IMG/VR virus record: IMGVR_UViG_3300020432_000008
Location: 1 to 63,993 of that record
DNA length: 63,993 nt
From: a virus
Taxonomy: Duplodnaviria; Caudoviricetes
Direction: 5' to 3' (one strand)
In this document: piece after piece, positions 1-9,398 of the stretch
How positions within the stretch are numbered: the stretch's first letter is position 1
Layout: each line of letters begins with the position of its first letter
The notes under the pieces: model-generated
What the model was told of the DNA's origin: nothing
What the model saw: only the letters and a program-made list of their open reading frames with translations
Databases searched by the model: none
Position numbers and translations under genes: made by a program

Positions 1-77
1 CCATAGTTTACGATACCGATTGCTGAACCTATACAAAAGGTCATCAATACAAGTGTTAATACAACTCCTTCAATCAT
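1..77 (-). CDS. small hydrophobic protein, runs off window edge (MIEGVVLTLVLMTFCIGSAIGIVNYG...)
   Basis: ATG at 77 preceded by AAACAAACAG leader and promoter-like sequence; open to position 1. Confidence 0.5.
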   Translation of the reverse strand, partial: MIEGVVLTLVLMTFCIGSAIGIVNY

Positions 78-296
78 GTGCTTTACTGTTTGTTTACTCC
101 TTAAGTATAACACAACCTCTGCCTAGAGTCAACCTACTGGGGCATTTTTTATATCCAAAATTTTTTTGAATACGAATAATATATAGCTCTCGATTTTGGT
201 TCGTTGTAGGTTAGGGACTTATCGGTTTTTATAACAAGGAACATAATAAACAAAACAACTGGCTAAAGTGTGAGTATAGCCAGCTGTGTCCTTACC

Positions 297-482
297 CTAG
301 AATTCATCTAGGGCTACATCATTCATTTCAAACCAGTCTAAGTTAACCTTAAGTGCATTAATTAAGTCAGGTGAGTCTACTTTATATTCTAGACTCTGTA
401 TAAGGTCGTAAAGTTTAATATTTAGATCATGATACTGGTCCTGTGTTAACCCTGTGTAAGGTTGATCAATTCCGTTTCTCAT
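297..482 (-). CDS. hypothetical early protein
   Basis: ORF directly downstream of promoter cassette at 490-569. Confidence 0.7.
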   Translation of the reverse strand: MRNGIDQPYTGLTQDQYHDLNIKLYDLIQSLEYKVDSPDLINALKVNLDWFEMNDVALDEF

Positions 483-568
483 GTGTGTTACCTGTGTTTG
501 TTTATATTATTATTATACACACAAAGACCCCACATATGTGAGGCCATGTGACAGTTGTTAAAGTGTCA

Positions 569-781
569 CTATGCGGCTTTACTTGCCTTGTTACCTGTGT
601 TAATGTGTGCCATGTGTGTTGGCATGCCAGCGTGCATAAAGCTGCCTTTAGGGGCGGCGTTATTCCAGCTACGCTTGGCCATAGTGGCACCAGCACTGCT
701 TCTCTTTAATACCGTGTACTTAATGCGGCGGCCATCGGCCATTGTTAATGTAGTCTGCTGCTTAATGTTGTTTGCGGCCAT
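569..781 (-). CDS. small basic hypothetical protein
   Basis: ORF downstream of cassette at ~805-864; 70 aa, K/R rich. Confidence 0.55.
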   Translation of the reverse strand: MAANNIKQQTTLTMADGRRIKYTVLKRSSAGATMAKRSWNNAAPKGSFMHAGMPTHMAHINTGNKASKAA

Positions 782-812
782 GTGTGTCTGTTGTAATTGG
801 TCCTATTATACA

Positions 813-842
813 ATAAAAAAGGGACTTAATAAAGCCCCCTTG
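813..842 (-). terminator. possible intrinsic terminator inside promoter cassette
   Basis: AAGGGGGCTTTATTAAGTCCCTTTTTT on minus strand: hairpin plus U-tract after the 863..1198 gene. Confidence 0.5.
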
Positions 843-862
843 GTCCAGTTTGTTTAACTGTC

Positions 863-1198
863 CTATGATATCGCCAACTCGAATCCGTCGGCGAAGTCTT
901 GGCGGTTGCCGTGGAAGTCTGCCACGAACCAGTCCCAATTACGCTGGATTACGCTGAACCCTGTGGCAAACTCATAGCATAAAGCATTTAATCTGCTCTT
1001 AGTTGTATTAGATTGCCAACCGCCGTCAAATAGTAGCATTGTATCATTCATTACTGTAGCAATGTGATTGCCGTGTAATTTGATAATCGCCTCTCTCTGT
1101 CCAGCGGCGTTAATTGAATGAGTAACAGAAGTGTTACCAGAGCGGAAGTCCTTGCCGTTTCTGATAGCGGTGTTCATGTTCTTTTCAATTACTCTCAT
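863..1198 (-). CDS. hypothetical phage protein
   Basis: 111-aa ORF after cassette at 1214-1288; GGWQSNTTKSRLNAL motif recalled from phage hypotheticals. Confidence 0.8.
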   Translation of the reverse strand: MRVIEKNMNTAIRNGKDFRSGNTSVTHSINAAGQREAIIKLHGNHIATVMNDTMLLFDGGWQSNTTKSRLNALCYEFATGFSVIQRNWDWFVADFHGNRQDFADGFELAIS

Positions 1199-1305
1199 GT
1201 GTTTTAAGAATGATGTTTGTTATGTACTTATTATAATGCCTCTTAATGCCAATACAACAGGCCATGTGCCAGTTTAATAAGTGGCACACTAGGCAGCATA
1301 AGTGG

Positions 1306-1334
1306 TTGACAAGTCCGCTCCGATGCCCTATAAT
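1306..1334 (+). promoter_or_regulatory. consensus sigma70 promoter, plus strand
   Basis: TTGACA-N17-TATAAT, perfect consensus. Confidence 0.75.
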
Positions 1335-1489
1335 TGGTATATAAGAGATTCGGGGTAGGATCTATAAACTTTTCGACACTCATGCTGCTCCGCAATAATT
1401 ATATCAATTTGTTACAATTCTCCCCCTATCATACTTGACAGGATTATGCAAGTCCCTTTGTGCCAGTTCATAAAGTGGCACAGTGCCTC

Positions 1490-1518
1490 TTGACTTTTCT
1501 GCGGTTTTGTGATATAAT
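1490..1518 (+). promoter_or_regulatory. sigma70 promoter, plus strand
   Basis: TTGACT-N17-TATAAT, just beyond palindrome 1459-1482. Confidence 0.7.
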
Positions 1519-1680
1519 GCGCCCCTAGATGTCTATAAGAAGTAGCATTAATTCTTTATATTTTATCTAAAAATGTATAAAGAGATAATAAACACTTATA
1601 TGTTTATTTTACCTTTTTAAATGTTTTTGAATATTTGCAATTAATGTGCTTAAATGAAGCAAATAGCATCTAAAATAGCA

Positions 1681-1890
1681 TTATAATTCATTACTTAATT
1701 CATGTACTTTTGTCTTAATTGTTGTTAGTAACTTATAGATATTTCCCTTACAGTTTGCTTCACTAATTGAATCATATTTACTAAGGGATTCTAATACTAA
1801 TAACTTAATAAGTGCCAATTCATTCTTATTAAATAAGGGCGCACTTAGCAACCTATTTGCTTCACTATGGGTCATAAGATTCGTACTCAA
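1681..1890 (-). CDS. hypothetical protein
   Basis: ORF track; same orientation as neighbours; start uncertain. Confidence 0.55.
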   Translation of the reverse strand: MSTNLMTHSEANRLLSAPLFNKNELALIKLLVLESLSKYDSISEANCKGNIYKLLTTIKTKVHELSNEL

Positions 1891-2010
1891 TTTCTGTTAC
1901 ATAACCTTCGTAAATGTCATCACTAAAATTATCATCACTATCTGATAATCTCTTTATAAACGCTTCACTATCCTCGAAGCATTTATTGACAGTTTGCTTT
2001 ACTTTGCCCA

Positions 2011-2226
2011 TTAGATTGCCTCCTTAGTGCTACACTTAGTATAGGCAATTTCTCCCAGATTTTCAACATATAACGACTTTATTCTCTCTCGGTTACTATC
2101 ATTTAATTCTAGTAACTTATTCCAATTCCAGTTACTTGGGGGCATACAGTTTGCTTCACTTACTGTAAAATCTATTGTTACACGATAGCGGGTAACTTTA
2201 TCTACTGATTGAGAATGAGAGTCCAT
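2011..2226 (-). CDS. hypothetical protein
   Basis: ORF track 2011..2271; ATG at 2226 (MDSH) preferred. Confidence 0.6.
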   Translation of the reverse strand: MDSHSQSVDKVTRYRVTIDFTVSEANCMPPSNWNWNKLLELNDSNRERIKSLYVENLGEIAYTKCSTKEAI

Positions 2227-2531
2227 AAGATTGAGGCGGTAGATTACATTTAATTCTAACAGATATTGCACTAAATGTCAACAATAGCACGCATATTTCC
2301 TTCTTATGTTTATATTTAGTGGGGAAACTTTCCACGCTTATGTTATACTTAAGCACTACATTATTTCTAAAAAAAATTTCGTTCGCCTCAAAGTGACTAG
2401 GATAATGTAAGACTAATAAAGACGAATTACACGATAAAATTGTTAATTAGTGGACTTATAACAATAAGCGCGAAGCATTGATGTACGCCACTAAGTAACA
2501 ATTAAGCACGATTAATCACTCATTAAAACTG

Positions 2532-2795
2532 TCAACTAAAGTTCAAAGATTTAATCTCATAGTCATAATTAGATTCACTAACTTTATCACTATTATTAAC
2601 TATTGTTTGGTCTAATACGTTGACTAGACTTTCATCTATTAACATTAATTCTGTAATGTAGTCATCTTCAAAAGCACCTCCGCTCTCCTCAAATAGAGCA
2701 CGCTTTTCTTCAATAGCAAGTTCTCTCAAAATTTGCAACTGGTAAAATGTTAGGTTAACGTTAACACTAACGTCACTAAGTTTTGAAGTGTCCAT
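2532..2795 (-). CDS. small acidic hypothetical protein
   Basis: GGAGG RBS in upstream gene end. Confidence 0.75.
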   Translation of the reverse strand: MDTSKLSDVSVNVNLTFYQLQILRELAIEEKRALFEESGGAFEDDYITELMLIDESLVNVLDQTIVNNSDKVSESNYDYEIKSLNFS

Positions 2796-2797
2796 GA

Positions 2798-2989
2798 TTA
2801 ATTGCCTCCTAATGGGTTAATGTGTGATGACGCTATTTTCATAGCAATAAGTAAATCTTGCTCCCTTACCTCATATAACTGGGATTCAATAGAGTCTTTT
2901 AACGCCCTTTCTTCATCATCATTATATTCAAAGTTGTCAAGAATGAACTGTAAAAACTCTAATTGTTCGGTATTTAAGTCAAGTTTCAA
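2798..2989 (-). CDS. small acidic hypothetical protein
   Basis: AAGGAG RBS, TTG start. Confidence 0.7.
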   Translation of the reverse strand: MKLDLNTEQLEFLQFILDNFEYNDDEERALKDSIESQLYEVREQDLLIAMKIASSHINPLGGN

Positions 2990-3134
2990 GATTTTCTCCT
3001 TTTGTTGTTTTTAATCATTTTATTGAATCGTTTTGATTCTGATGGACTCATGCCCGCAAAGTAATTGAGTAAATTATCGTCATATAGAGCGAATAATTCA
3101 TCAAGTGATTCAGTTCCGTTTAATTCTTGTTTCA

Positions 3135-3353
3135 TTATAAGCACTCTGATGGTGGTAAACCGATTGATGCAATAGCATTGTCAAGTGCATCAAAATCAAG
3201 GTCAGGATCATCAAAATCCACGCCTGCAGCGTGATCTACTCCCCACTCGAGCACTTCATCACAAAAATCTGAAAAATTCTTGCATACCCATGCAACATTT
3301 TCAAAGTTCTCAACTTCTTTGATTCTGTTGATTAGTCTCTCTGTTTTGGTCAT
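3135..3353 (-). CDS. small acidic hypothetical protein
   Basis: first gene after cassette at 3368-3446. Confidence 0.75.
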   Translation of the reverse strand: MTKTERLINRIKEVENFENVAWVCKNFSDFCDEVLEWGVDHAAGVDFDDPDLDFDALDNAIASIGLPPSECL

Positions 3354-3412
3354 TTTTGAAAAACCTATGTTTGTTTGTTATGTACTTATTATAATGGATT
3401 GAAATATGAAAT

Positions 3413-3757
3413 CTACACTGCTTGTGCCACTTTAATTACTGGCACATCATCTATTGACACTCCGCACCCTAGTATGTTAGAAAAAAGCACCTTATCAAAA
3501 AACTTTTTCCATTTATCCGCTATGTTTGATTTAATGTAAAATGTCAAAAACTCTTCTATAATATAGTGAGTCTCACTTGATACAACATCATCAAGAAAAT
3601 CATTTTTATATACTACTTCTGCAAATTTACGCCCATAGGCATAGATTCCAGTAGTTCGAGAATCTATCGCCCTTATTCTTAATCCGTCATTCAACTTTAA
3701 ATACTTACGTTGATTGAGAGCATCAACTACTTGTTTTTGAGTATTGTTTATAAACAT
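3413..3757 (-). CDS. hypothetical protein
   Basis: TAATG-coupled to upstream gene; 3' end overlaps cassette palindrome. Confidence 0.7.
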   Translation of the reverse strand: MFINNTQKQVVDALNQRKYLKLNDGLRIRAIDSRTTGIYAYGRKFAEVVYKNDFLDDVVSSETHYIIEEFLTFYIKSNIADKWKKFFDKVLFSNILGCGVSIDDVPVIKVAQAV

Positions 3758-4008
3758 TATACCGCCTCCAGATCACTTAAGTATGCTTCAACTGTCATAA
3801 TCTCATAGTCAGTTATATGAGTTTTGACTACAGCATAGTTACTGCTTCTATCCAATAGGACTACACTGCCCTCTAGATCATCATGTATTTTGGACTTAAC
3901 ATTAGTTCCAAGTTTGATGACTTTTTTCTTTTCTAACTCTTCACACTTGTTCATTAAGTCTCTTAACTTTTGAACATCATTGTTAAATTGTTCAGTAGTG
4001 TAGGGCAT
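3757..4008 (-). CDS. hypothetical protein (SH3-like beta domain possible)
   Basis: first gene after cassette; AGGAG RBS. Confidence 0.75.
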   Translation of the reverse strand: MPYTTEQFNNDVQKLRDLMNKCEELEKKKVIKLGTNVKSKIHDDLEGSVVLLDRSSNYAVVKTHITDYEIMTVEAYLSDLEAV

Positions 4009-4089
4009 GATCTCCTATGTTTGTTATACTACTATTATAGTAGCGTGAATAATGGATTCAAGTGGCAGTGTGCCACTTTATAAAGTGTC

Positions 4090-4290
4090 CTAACTGGACT
4101 TGACTTTTAAAATCTCGCCTGTAAACTTATCTCTAACAAGTGAGTATGCTGTCTGATAATCTCTAGATACGTCACAACAGTATTGAACAGCATTGTCAAC
4201 ATCATCAGTATAAACGTAAGTAATACCTAGATCATGCGATTCTGTTTCGATCTCATATCTGAATTGGTCAGTAGGATTAACGTAACTCAT
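4090..4290 (-). CDS. hypothetical protein
   Basis: start moved to MSYVNP because the longer ORF runs through the promoter cassette. Confidence 0.65.
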   Translation of the reverse strand: MSYVNPTDQFRYEIETESHDLGITYVYTDDVDNAVQYCCDVSRDYQTAYSLVRDKFTGEILKVKSS

Positions 4291-4330
4291 AATGCCTTTG
4301 TATGTTATATTACTATTATAGTGGATAGGA

Positions 4331-4612
4331 CTAGAATTTAGTCCTTGCTTGTGCCACTTTGTCAACTGTCATTTTACCCATAAACTGAGCAGGTCTTTTT
4401 GTATTGATAGTTACAGCATAGTTATTTTCAAGTAAAATGTCGATCTCCTCCGCCATGTCATATACATTAATAGGTGCTCTCTCAAATGTCTTACCTTTAT
4501 AAGTGACTACCTTAAGTCTAACATTCTTACTGACTTCAGTGCCATAGGGGATAAAATACTTAACCTCATAGTAGTCAACAACTGTATTGAGTGATTCAGA
4601 TTGAAATTGCAT
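4331..4612 (-). CDS. hypothetical protein
   Basis: first gene after cassette at 4620-4697. Confidence 0.7.
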   Translation of the reverse strand: MQFQSESLNTVVDYYEVKYFIPYGTEVSKNVRLKVVTYKGKTFERAPINVYDMAEEIDILLENNYAVTINTKRPAQFMGKMTVDKVAQARTKF

Positions 4613-4713
4613 AATTTCCTATGTTTGTTTATACTATCATTATAATAGCATGAAAGCATAAAACAACATATAGTGTGCCAGTTTGATAAGTGGCACACTT
4701 CAGGTTGACTTTC

Positions 4714-4923
4714 TTACCATTCAGGTTTAGGTTGACTTGCTTGCTTTTTTGCTACTTTCTCTTTTTCTTTGAATGTAATAGCATCTACTCTATCTCTAAT
4801 TGACTTAATTTCTTTACATTCATAATATTCGCTAGTCCTATAATATGCAACCATAAAGTCATAGTAGTCATCTAAGGCGCAATTAATGATACTTAGTTCA
4901 TTTAATGTTATGTCTAATTTCAT
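4714..4923 (-). CDS. hypothetical protein
   Basis: GGAGG RBS, TAATG coupling. Confidence 0.75.
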   Translation of the reverse strand: MKLDITLNELSIINCALDDYYDFMVAYYRTSEYYECKEIKSIRDRVDAITFKEKEKVAKKQASQPKPEW

Positions 4924-5087
4924 TAATCTGCCTCCTCAATTTCATAGACTTCATAGTCATCATCATCAAGAAATTGCCAATCTGTGTTACCATTAAGAGC
5001 AAGTAATTCTGCTTCTTGCTCATCTTCCGCTTCAATATATGCAACATAATTTGTTACTCTTGAAGCAATAACTCTATATTCATTCAT
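4923..5087 (-). CDS. small acidic protein (54 aa, below ORF-track cutoff)
   Basis: MNEYRVIASRVTNYVAYIEAEDEQEAELLA...; fills gap with overlapping start/stop; resembles 9928..10137. Confidence 0.7.
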   Translation of the reverse strand: MNEYRVIASRVTNYVAYIEAEDEQEAELLALNGNTDWQFLDDDDYEVYEIEEAD

Positions 5088-5367
5088 GTATCCAATTCCC
5101 CTCTGAATCGTAGTCGCCTTCAGTAATGGACTCTAATCCATAAGGGTCAACTTGATTAACAACTGATTGAACACCAGTATAGTCACGCCCTTGTAAACGA
5201 TAAACTTCTTTTTGTTGTTTCATATCGTTTTCAAGTCTATAACATAGTTCACAATTAAGTGCCATGTATTTACTTTTTTCATCACTATGTTCAGAATAGT
5301 GAAAGTTCAAGCACTCAAGTAAGTACTCAAGTTCTCTAATCGCAAAGTTCATAGTCACTGCCTCCAT
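5080..5367 (-). CDS. hypothetical protein
   Basis: ORF track, operon context. Confidence 0.7.
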   Translation of the reverse strand: MEAVTMNFAIRELEYLLECLNFHYSEHSDEKSKYMALNCELCYRLENDMKQQKEVYRLQGRDYTGVQSVVNQVDPYGLESITEGDYDSEGNWIHE

Positions 5368-5460
5368 AAAATAATTGATAGTACAAATCGTTTTTCAAAT
5401 CGAAAAACTCAAAATCGCCCTCGTCATAAGACTTTAGCACCGCTTCATATACTTCTTGAT

Positions 5461-5637
5461 TCATGCTAATGCCTCCTCAAGCAAGTCACTCATACAAGTG
5501 AGATCAATAACATCACTTATCCCAAGTGAATTGTCATTATCAATAGCGAAGTCTAAAGCATTCTTTAGATCGGATACTCTACCACTATCAAAAGTTAAAG
5601 TGATTGAGTTAGTGTTTGGATTTCTTTTGAAATTCAT
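5461..5637 (-). CDS. small acidic protein (58 aa)
   Basis: MNFKRNPNTNSITLTFDSGRVSDLKNALDFA...; first ORF after cassette at 5643-5719. Confidence 0.65.
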   Translation of the reverse strand: MNFKRNPNTNSITLTFDSGRVSDLKNALDFAIDNDNSLGISDVIDLTCMSDLLEEALA

Positions 5638-6180
5638 GTAACTTTGTTTGTTATACTATTATTATAGTAGCATGAAATCCAATAACAACTGCTATTGTGC
5701 CACTTTGATAACTGGCACACAATGGGTTTACTTTTTATTGTAAATCGCCATATACTCTTCTCTAGTGAGAGTTTCTTCTTGCTCTGTATCCATATTCAAT
5801 ACAACATCATAGGGATAAAATCCATAATATTTGTAATGATCTCTTACATAGTCTTTAATTTGTTGTTCCCTAGTCATCATAAACCACCATCTAAATTTCT
5901 CATTTTTGTAATAATATCATGTGATATATAATTTCTTATATTACTTTCATAAAGGTCAGATTTCAATTCTACTCTGCCTTTCAAGGCAATGTAAGTTGGT
6001 TCAAATACTTCATAGAGTTTATTAAACTCTTGATCGGTTAGTATTAAAGTTTTCATTGCGCTAAATCCTCGAATAATTCTTCGGTTAGTCTAATCGCTTC
6101 CAGTTCAGATAATTCTGGGTGCTCTTCTAATACTTGCTCATATAATGATTCAAGTATGATTTCATTCTGTAAACAACTCA

Positions 6181-6375
6181 TTAGTAATTGCCCTCCTTGA
6201 TATACTGTAATGTTAAGACTTCCATTGCTTTTTGTAGATCGCCTTTAAAGTTCCCATCATTATAACTGTGAATTGTTGCCCAAGCATTCTCCATAGCGTT
6301 ATTGATTTGATAACCCTTCAATACAACACCAATTTCGTGCATATTGTATGTTTGGTTTGGTTTAACTTTTTTCAT
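6181..6375 (-). CDS. hypothetical protein
   Basis: AACAAACACAGAGG leader/RBS. Confidence 0.75.
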   Translation of the reverse strand: MKKVKPNQTYNMHEIGVVLKGYQINNAMENAWATIHSYNDGNFKGDLQKAMEVLTLQYIKEGNY

Positions 6376-6611
6376 AAAACCTCTGTGTTTGTTATACTAT
6401 TATTATAGGGCAGTGAAATCGTAATTCAACTACCCATGTGCCACTTTATTAACTGTCACACACACTCTTGACATTCACGCCACGATTGGTTAGCATATCC
6501 TCTAACTTCAATAGAATAGTGACTACTTCTTTTTCATCAATATCACTATCAAAGTTTTCAATTTCCTCTACATAATTGTCAACTACATTAATAAGTGTTC
6601 TTAGTTCGCTA

Positions 6612-6866
6612 TCATTCAACATTAGCAATTACCTCATCAATAGTATCTGTAAAACACTCATCAAAGTATTCTTCTAACTCTACCAAAGCATCATTAAATG
6701 TAAGCGAATCTATCCACTTCTGCATATCTTCAGTTACATAATGAACTAAATCTTTAGTTGACATACCTTCAACAATAGCGTCAACATAGTACTCTTTAAG
6801 AGCAGCGAATTGCTTGTCAGTTAGATTCTGTGCCTCTAACATTTTTTGTTTGTTTTGTTTCTGCAT
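6612..6866 (-). CDS. small acidic hypothetical protein
   Basis: TAATG-coupled operon. Confidence 0.75.
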   Translation of the reverse strand: MQKQNKQKMLEAQNLTDKQFAALKEYYVDAIVEGMSTKDLVHYVTEDMQKWIDSLTFNDALVELEEYFDECFTDTIDEVIANVE

Positions 6867-7054
6867 TAATCTACCTCTATACTAAATGGTTCGGGGAACT
6901 CTTGTAATTTAAGTGTAGCAAACTCTCTTATAAAGGTATAAACCTTGAGTCCACTAAGTTTTTTCTCGTCACATATATGTGATACTGTATCTTCCAATAC
7001 CTCTAATACATCAAAGGCATCATCACACAATTTTTTCATATCTTTTTTGTCCAT
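6866..7054 (-). CDS. hypothetical protein
   Basis: GGAGG RBS, coupled. Confidence 0.75.
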   Translation of the reverse strand: MDKKDMKKLCDDAFDVLEVLEDTVSHICDEKKLSGLKVYTFIREFATLKLQEFPEPFSIEVD

Positions 7055-7272
7055 TAACCTAACCTCCTGTATAAGTGATTAATCTTGTCATCAATAGAGT
7101 TAATTCTATCCATAACTGGAATACCACCAATCAAATCTTCTTCCGCCGCTTCATCATTAGCGTAACACTCATAATCCTCAAGAGAAGCACTAATTGTCTC
7201 CCATTCTGCATCAGTAAAGAATGCCTTGATAGTTACAAGTTGTTCATAACTGAAATCTCTTGTTAGAGTCAT
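7054..7272 (-). CDS. small acidic hypothetical protein
   Basis: first gene after cassette at 7281-7361. Confidence 0.75.
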   Translation of the reverse strand: MTLTRDFSYEQLVTIKAFFTDAEWETISASLEDYECYANDEAAEEDLIGGIPVMDRINSIDDKINHLYRRLG

Positions 7273-7365
7273 TTTAAAAACCTCTGTGTTTGTTATACTA
7301 CTATTATAGTAGCGTGAAATTGTAATTCAACTGGTTATGTGCCAGTATTTGAACTGGCACACTAC

Positions 7366-7602
7366 CTAGTGGTCTGCCCAGATTATTTTCTTTTCTTCGT
7401 TTAGAATATCAAAGCATATTTCGCAAAGGCAATCCGCATGAGGCACAGCATCACGCCAATAGTAAATCTCTTCTATTGGACTATCCCAATAGTAATATAA
7501 GTCAGGTTGATAATCTTGAATACAATGTTGAGAGTCTTTTGGATAATCCATAGACTCTCTGTGTGATTCATCAAAATTTCCACACCTATCACAATATGCC
7601 AT
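7366..7602 (-). CDS. small Cys-containing protein (CxxC ... CxCxxC, putative Zn-binding)
   Basis: YCDRCG and DCLCEICF motifs. Confidence 0.7.
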   Translation of the reverse strand: MAYCDRCGNFDESHRESMDYPKDSQHCIQDYQPDLYYYWDSPIEEIYYWRDAVPHADCLCEICFDILNEEKKIIWADH

Positions 7603-7850
7603 TACTCTGCCTCCTCTGAAAAATAGTTGTATAACTCATTAATATGAGTCTGCAAATCTAAAAGGCAATCGCCAATCGAAATACTTGAACCTTCCCAATC
7701 TTTTGGAATATCCATTAATGTTTTTGGTTCACTCTCAAATTGACTTGCATCATACTCTTCAATAATGTCATCATTAATTGAATGACCTTGTATTGTTTCA
7801 ACAACGTCATTAATATTGAAAAGCATATTTGCCATGTAATCTCTGTTCAT
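7602..7850 (-). CDS. small acidic hypothetical protein
   Basis: GGAGG RBS, coupled. Confidence 0.75.
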   Translation of the reverse strand: MNRDYMANMLFNINDVVETIQGHSINDDIIEEYDASQFESEPKTLMDIPKDWEGSSISIGDCLLDLQTHINELYNYFSEEAE

Positions 7851-8167
7851 TACTCTGCCTCCTGATCTAGTGATGTACCATCAAGTGCCCATAGACTACC
7901 ACCATCAAAATCTGTGGAATATCCGTAGTTTCTGACTAAGAAGTCTCTGACTCTCTCTCTATCAATAGAATCGCCATCGCCCCAAGTGAATCTCTCATTA
8001 TTGAGAGTAGTAATAGCGTTTAGATAGTCATAGGTAGCACTAATAATATCTACTTTAGTAGCACCCATAGGATATAGTGCATCAGGAGCACCATAGAATG
8101 AATAGACATATTCTGTGAACTGTGTTAACATATCATTCAGTTCAGTAGATGATTGACCTGAGTTCAT
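7850..8167 (-). CDS. hypothetical protein
   Basis: first gene after cassette at 8173-8253. Confidence 0.8.
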   Translation of the reverse strand: MNSGQSSTELNDMLTQFTEYVYSFYGAPDALYPMGATKVDIISATYDYLNAITTLNNERFTWGDGDSIDRERVRDFLVRNYGYSTDFDGGSLWALDGTSLDQEAE

Positions 8168-8237
8168 AAAAACCTCTGTGTTTGTTATATTATTATTATA
8201 GGGCAGTGAAACTGAATTTCAACTGCCCTTGTGCAAC

Positions 8238-8426
8238 TTAGTCAACTGGCACACCCATCTGTGGTATGCCATCTTGAATATCTGCTAAATGTCCTAACTT
8301 TTTTCTAATAGTTCTAAAATTGACTTGAAAGTCATCACTAAATTTATCAGTTAGTCTGTTAGGTGTTTTCAATATTAAGTGAATTAAAGCGTCACACTCT
8401 GCCGCTGTAAGAGTAGGGTCATTCAT
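8238..8426 (-). CDS. hypothetical protein
   Basis: ORF track; 3' end overlaps cassette palindrome. Confidence 0.65.
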   Translation of the reverse strand: MNDPTLTAAECDALIHLILKTPNRLTDKFSDDFQVNFRTIRKKLGHLADIQDGIPQMGVPVD

Positions 8427-8595
8427 TAGTCTTTAGGATACAAATTTGTAATTATGTCACTTAGTTGATTCAACTGATCTTCATTCATTAGTTCGATCAT
8501 AGCATCAACTATATCATATTGGGCGGAATTGTCCGCCTCCTCTAGGATTTCCGCTATTTCTGAGAATAGTGTTGTCTTTAAGTCGTTTGGATAGA

Positions 8596-9072
8596 TCATG
8601 CCATCAACTCCTGTGGATAGTCAGCGGGTATCTCTTGTTTGATAGGTGTGAATACGTCATTGAAGTCTCTAGTCTCTTCATTCCAGTATGAAATAGCATA
8701 ACATTCTAGAGTTCCGTCTAGTTCCTTAATGTAAGCATACTCTCCACAACACTTATTAGTGTCCTCAAAAAAGTGTGAAGTAGTTTTGTGAAGTCTAGGA
8801 GCATTTTCTTCCATTGACTCGCCTCTCTCTGTGTAGTATAGAGGTTTGTATGGTAATCCTTTTAACTTCTCTTCATCTTCGATTTCCCAACCTGATTGAG
8901 TATAGCAACAACTCATGTTACCACCATCAATAAGTTCCGCAACATCTTCTCTTGTAGGATACTGTTGATTAAGAGTAACGCCTAACCACTGTGGGTATCC
9001 GTCCCAGTGATGATATACTGATAAGATTGAACCATCAGCGAGTCTTAGTCCGATTCTTGAATTAGTTGACAT
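8596..9072 (-). CDS. conserved phage hypothetical protein
   Basis: MSTxSRIG...SVYxHWDGYP motif recalled as widespread in phages. Confidence 0.8.
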   Translation of the reverse strand: MSTNSRIGLRLADGSILSVYHHWDGYPQWLGVTLNQQYPTREDVAELIDGGNMSCCYTQSGWEIEDEEKLKGLPYKPLYYTERGESMEENAPRLHKTTSHFFEDTNKCCGEYAYIKELDGTLECYAISYWNEETRDFNDVFTPIKQEIPADYPQELMA

Positions 9073-9140
9073 GATTGTTTGTTTGTTATGTACTTATTAT
9101 AATGTGGTGATAGAGGTGATTCAACCACCTGTGTGCCAGT

Positions 9141-9398
9141 TTATAAAGTGGCAGGGTCAGAAGGCATAAATGTAGGATTTAATGATAGTGTCATTTTATC
9201 CAGTACAGCAGGGGCAAGTTGACTACCATCAAAAGAGCAACTACCATCTTCATTTTTATTTCCTAGTTTTTCGCATAACGCCTCATTTATCATTGAATAC
9301 AAAAATGTATTAGTTTTAGGCGAATTGCTAATATAGTCAATAACCTCTAATGTTATTGCCTCTGCTAATTTGTCTATTGTTTCTTTAGATAGAGTCAT
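9141..9398 (-). CDS. hypothetical protein
   Basis: GAGGA RBS. Confidence 0.7.
   Translation of the reverse strand: MTLSKETIDKLAEAITLEVIDYISNSPKTNTFLYSMINEALCEKLGNKNEDGSCSFDGSQLAPAVLDKMTLSLNPTFMPSDPATL

Noticed and set aside
555-857. Plus-strand 100-aa hydrophobic ORF and other plus-strand ORFs across the window
   Set aside because: Shadow frames antisense to better-supported minus-strand genes; no RBS or promoter support
1265-1300. TGGCAC as a sigma54 -24 box, or the dyad as an NtcA/CRP site
   Set aside because: No TTGC at the -12 spacing and cyanobacteria lack sigma54; half-sites and spacing differ from GTA-N8-TAC and TGTGA-N6-TCACA
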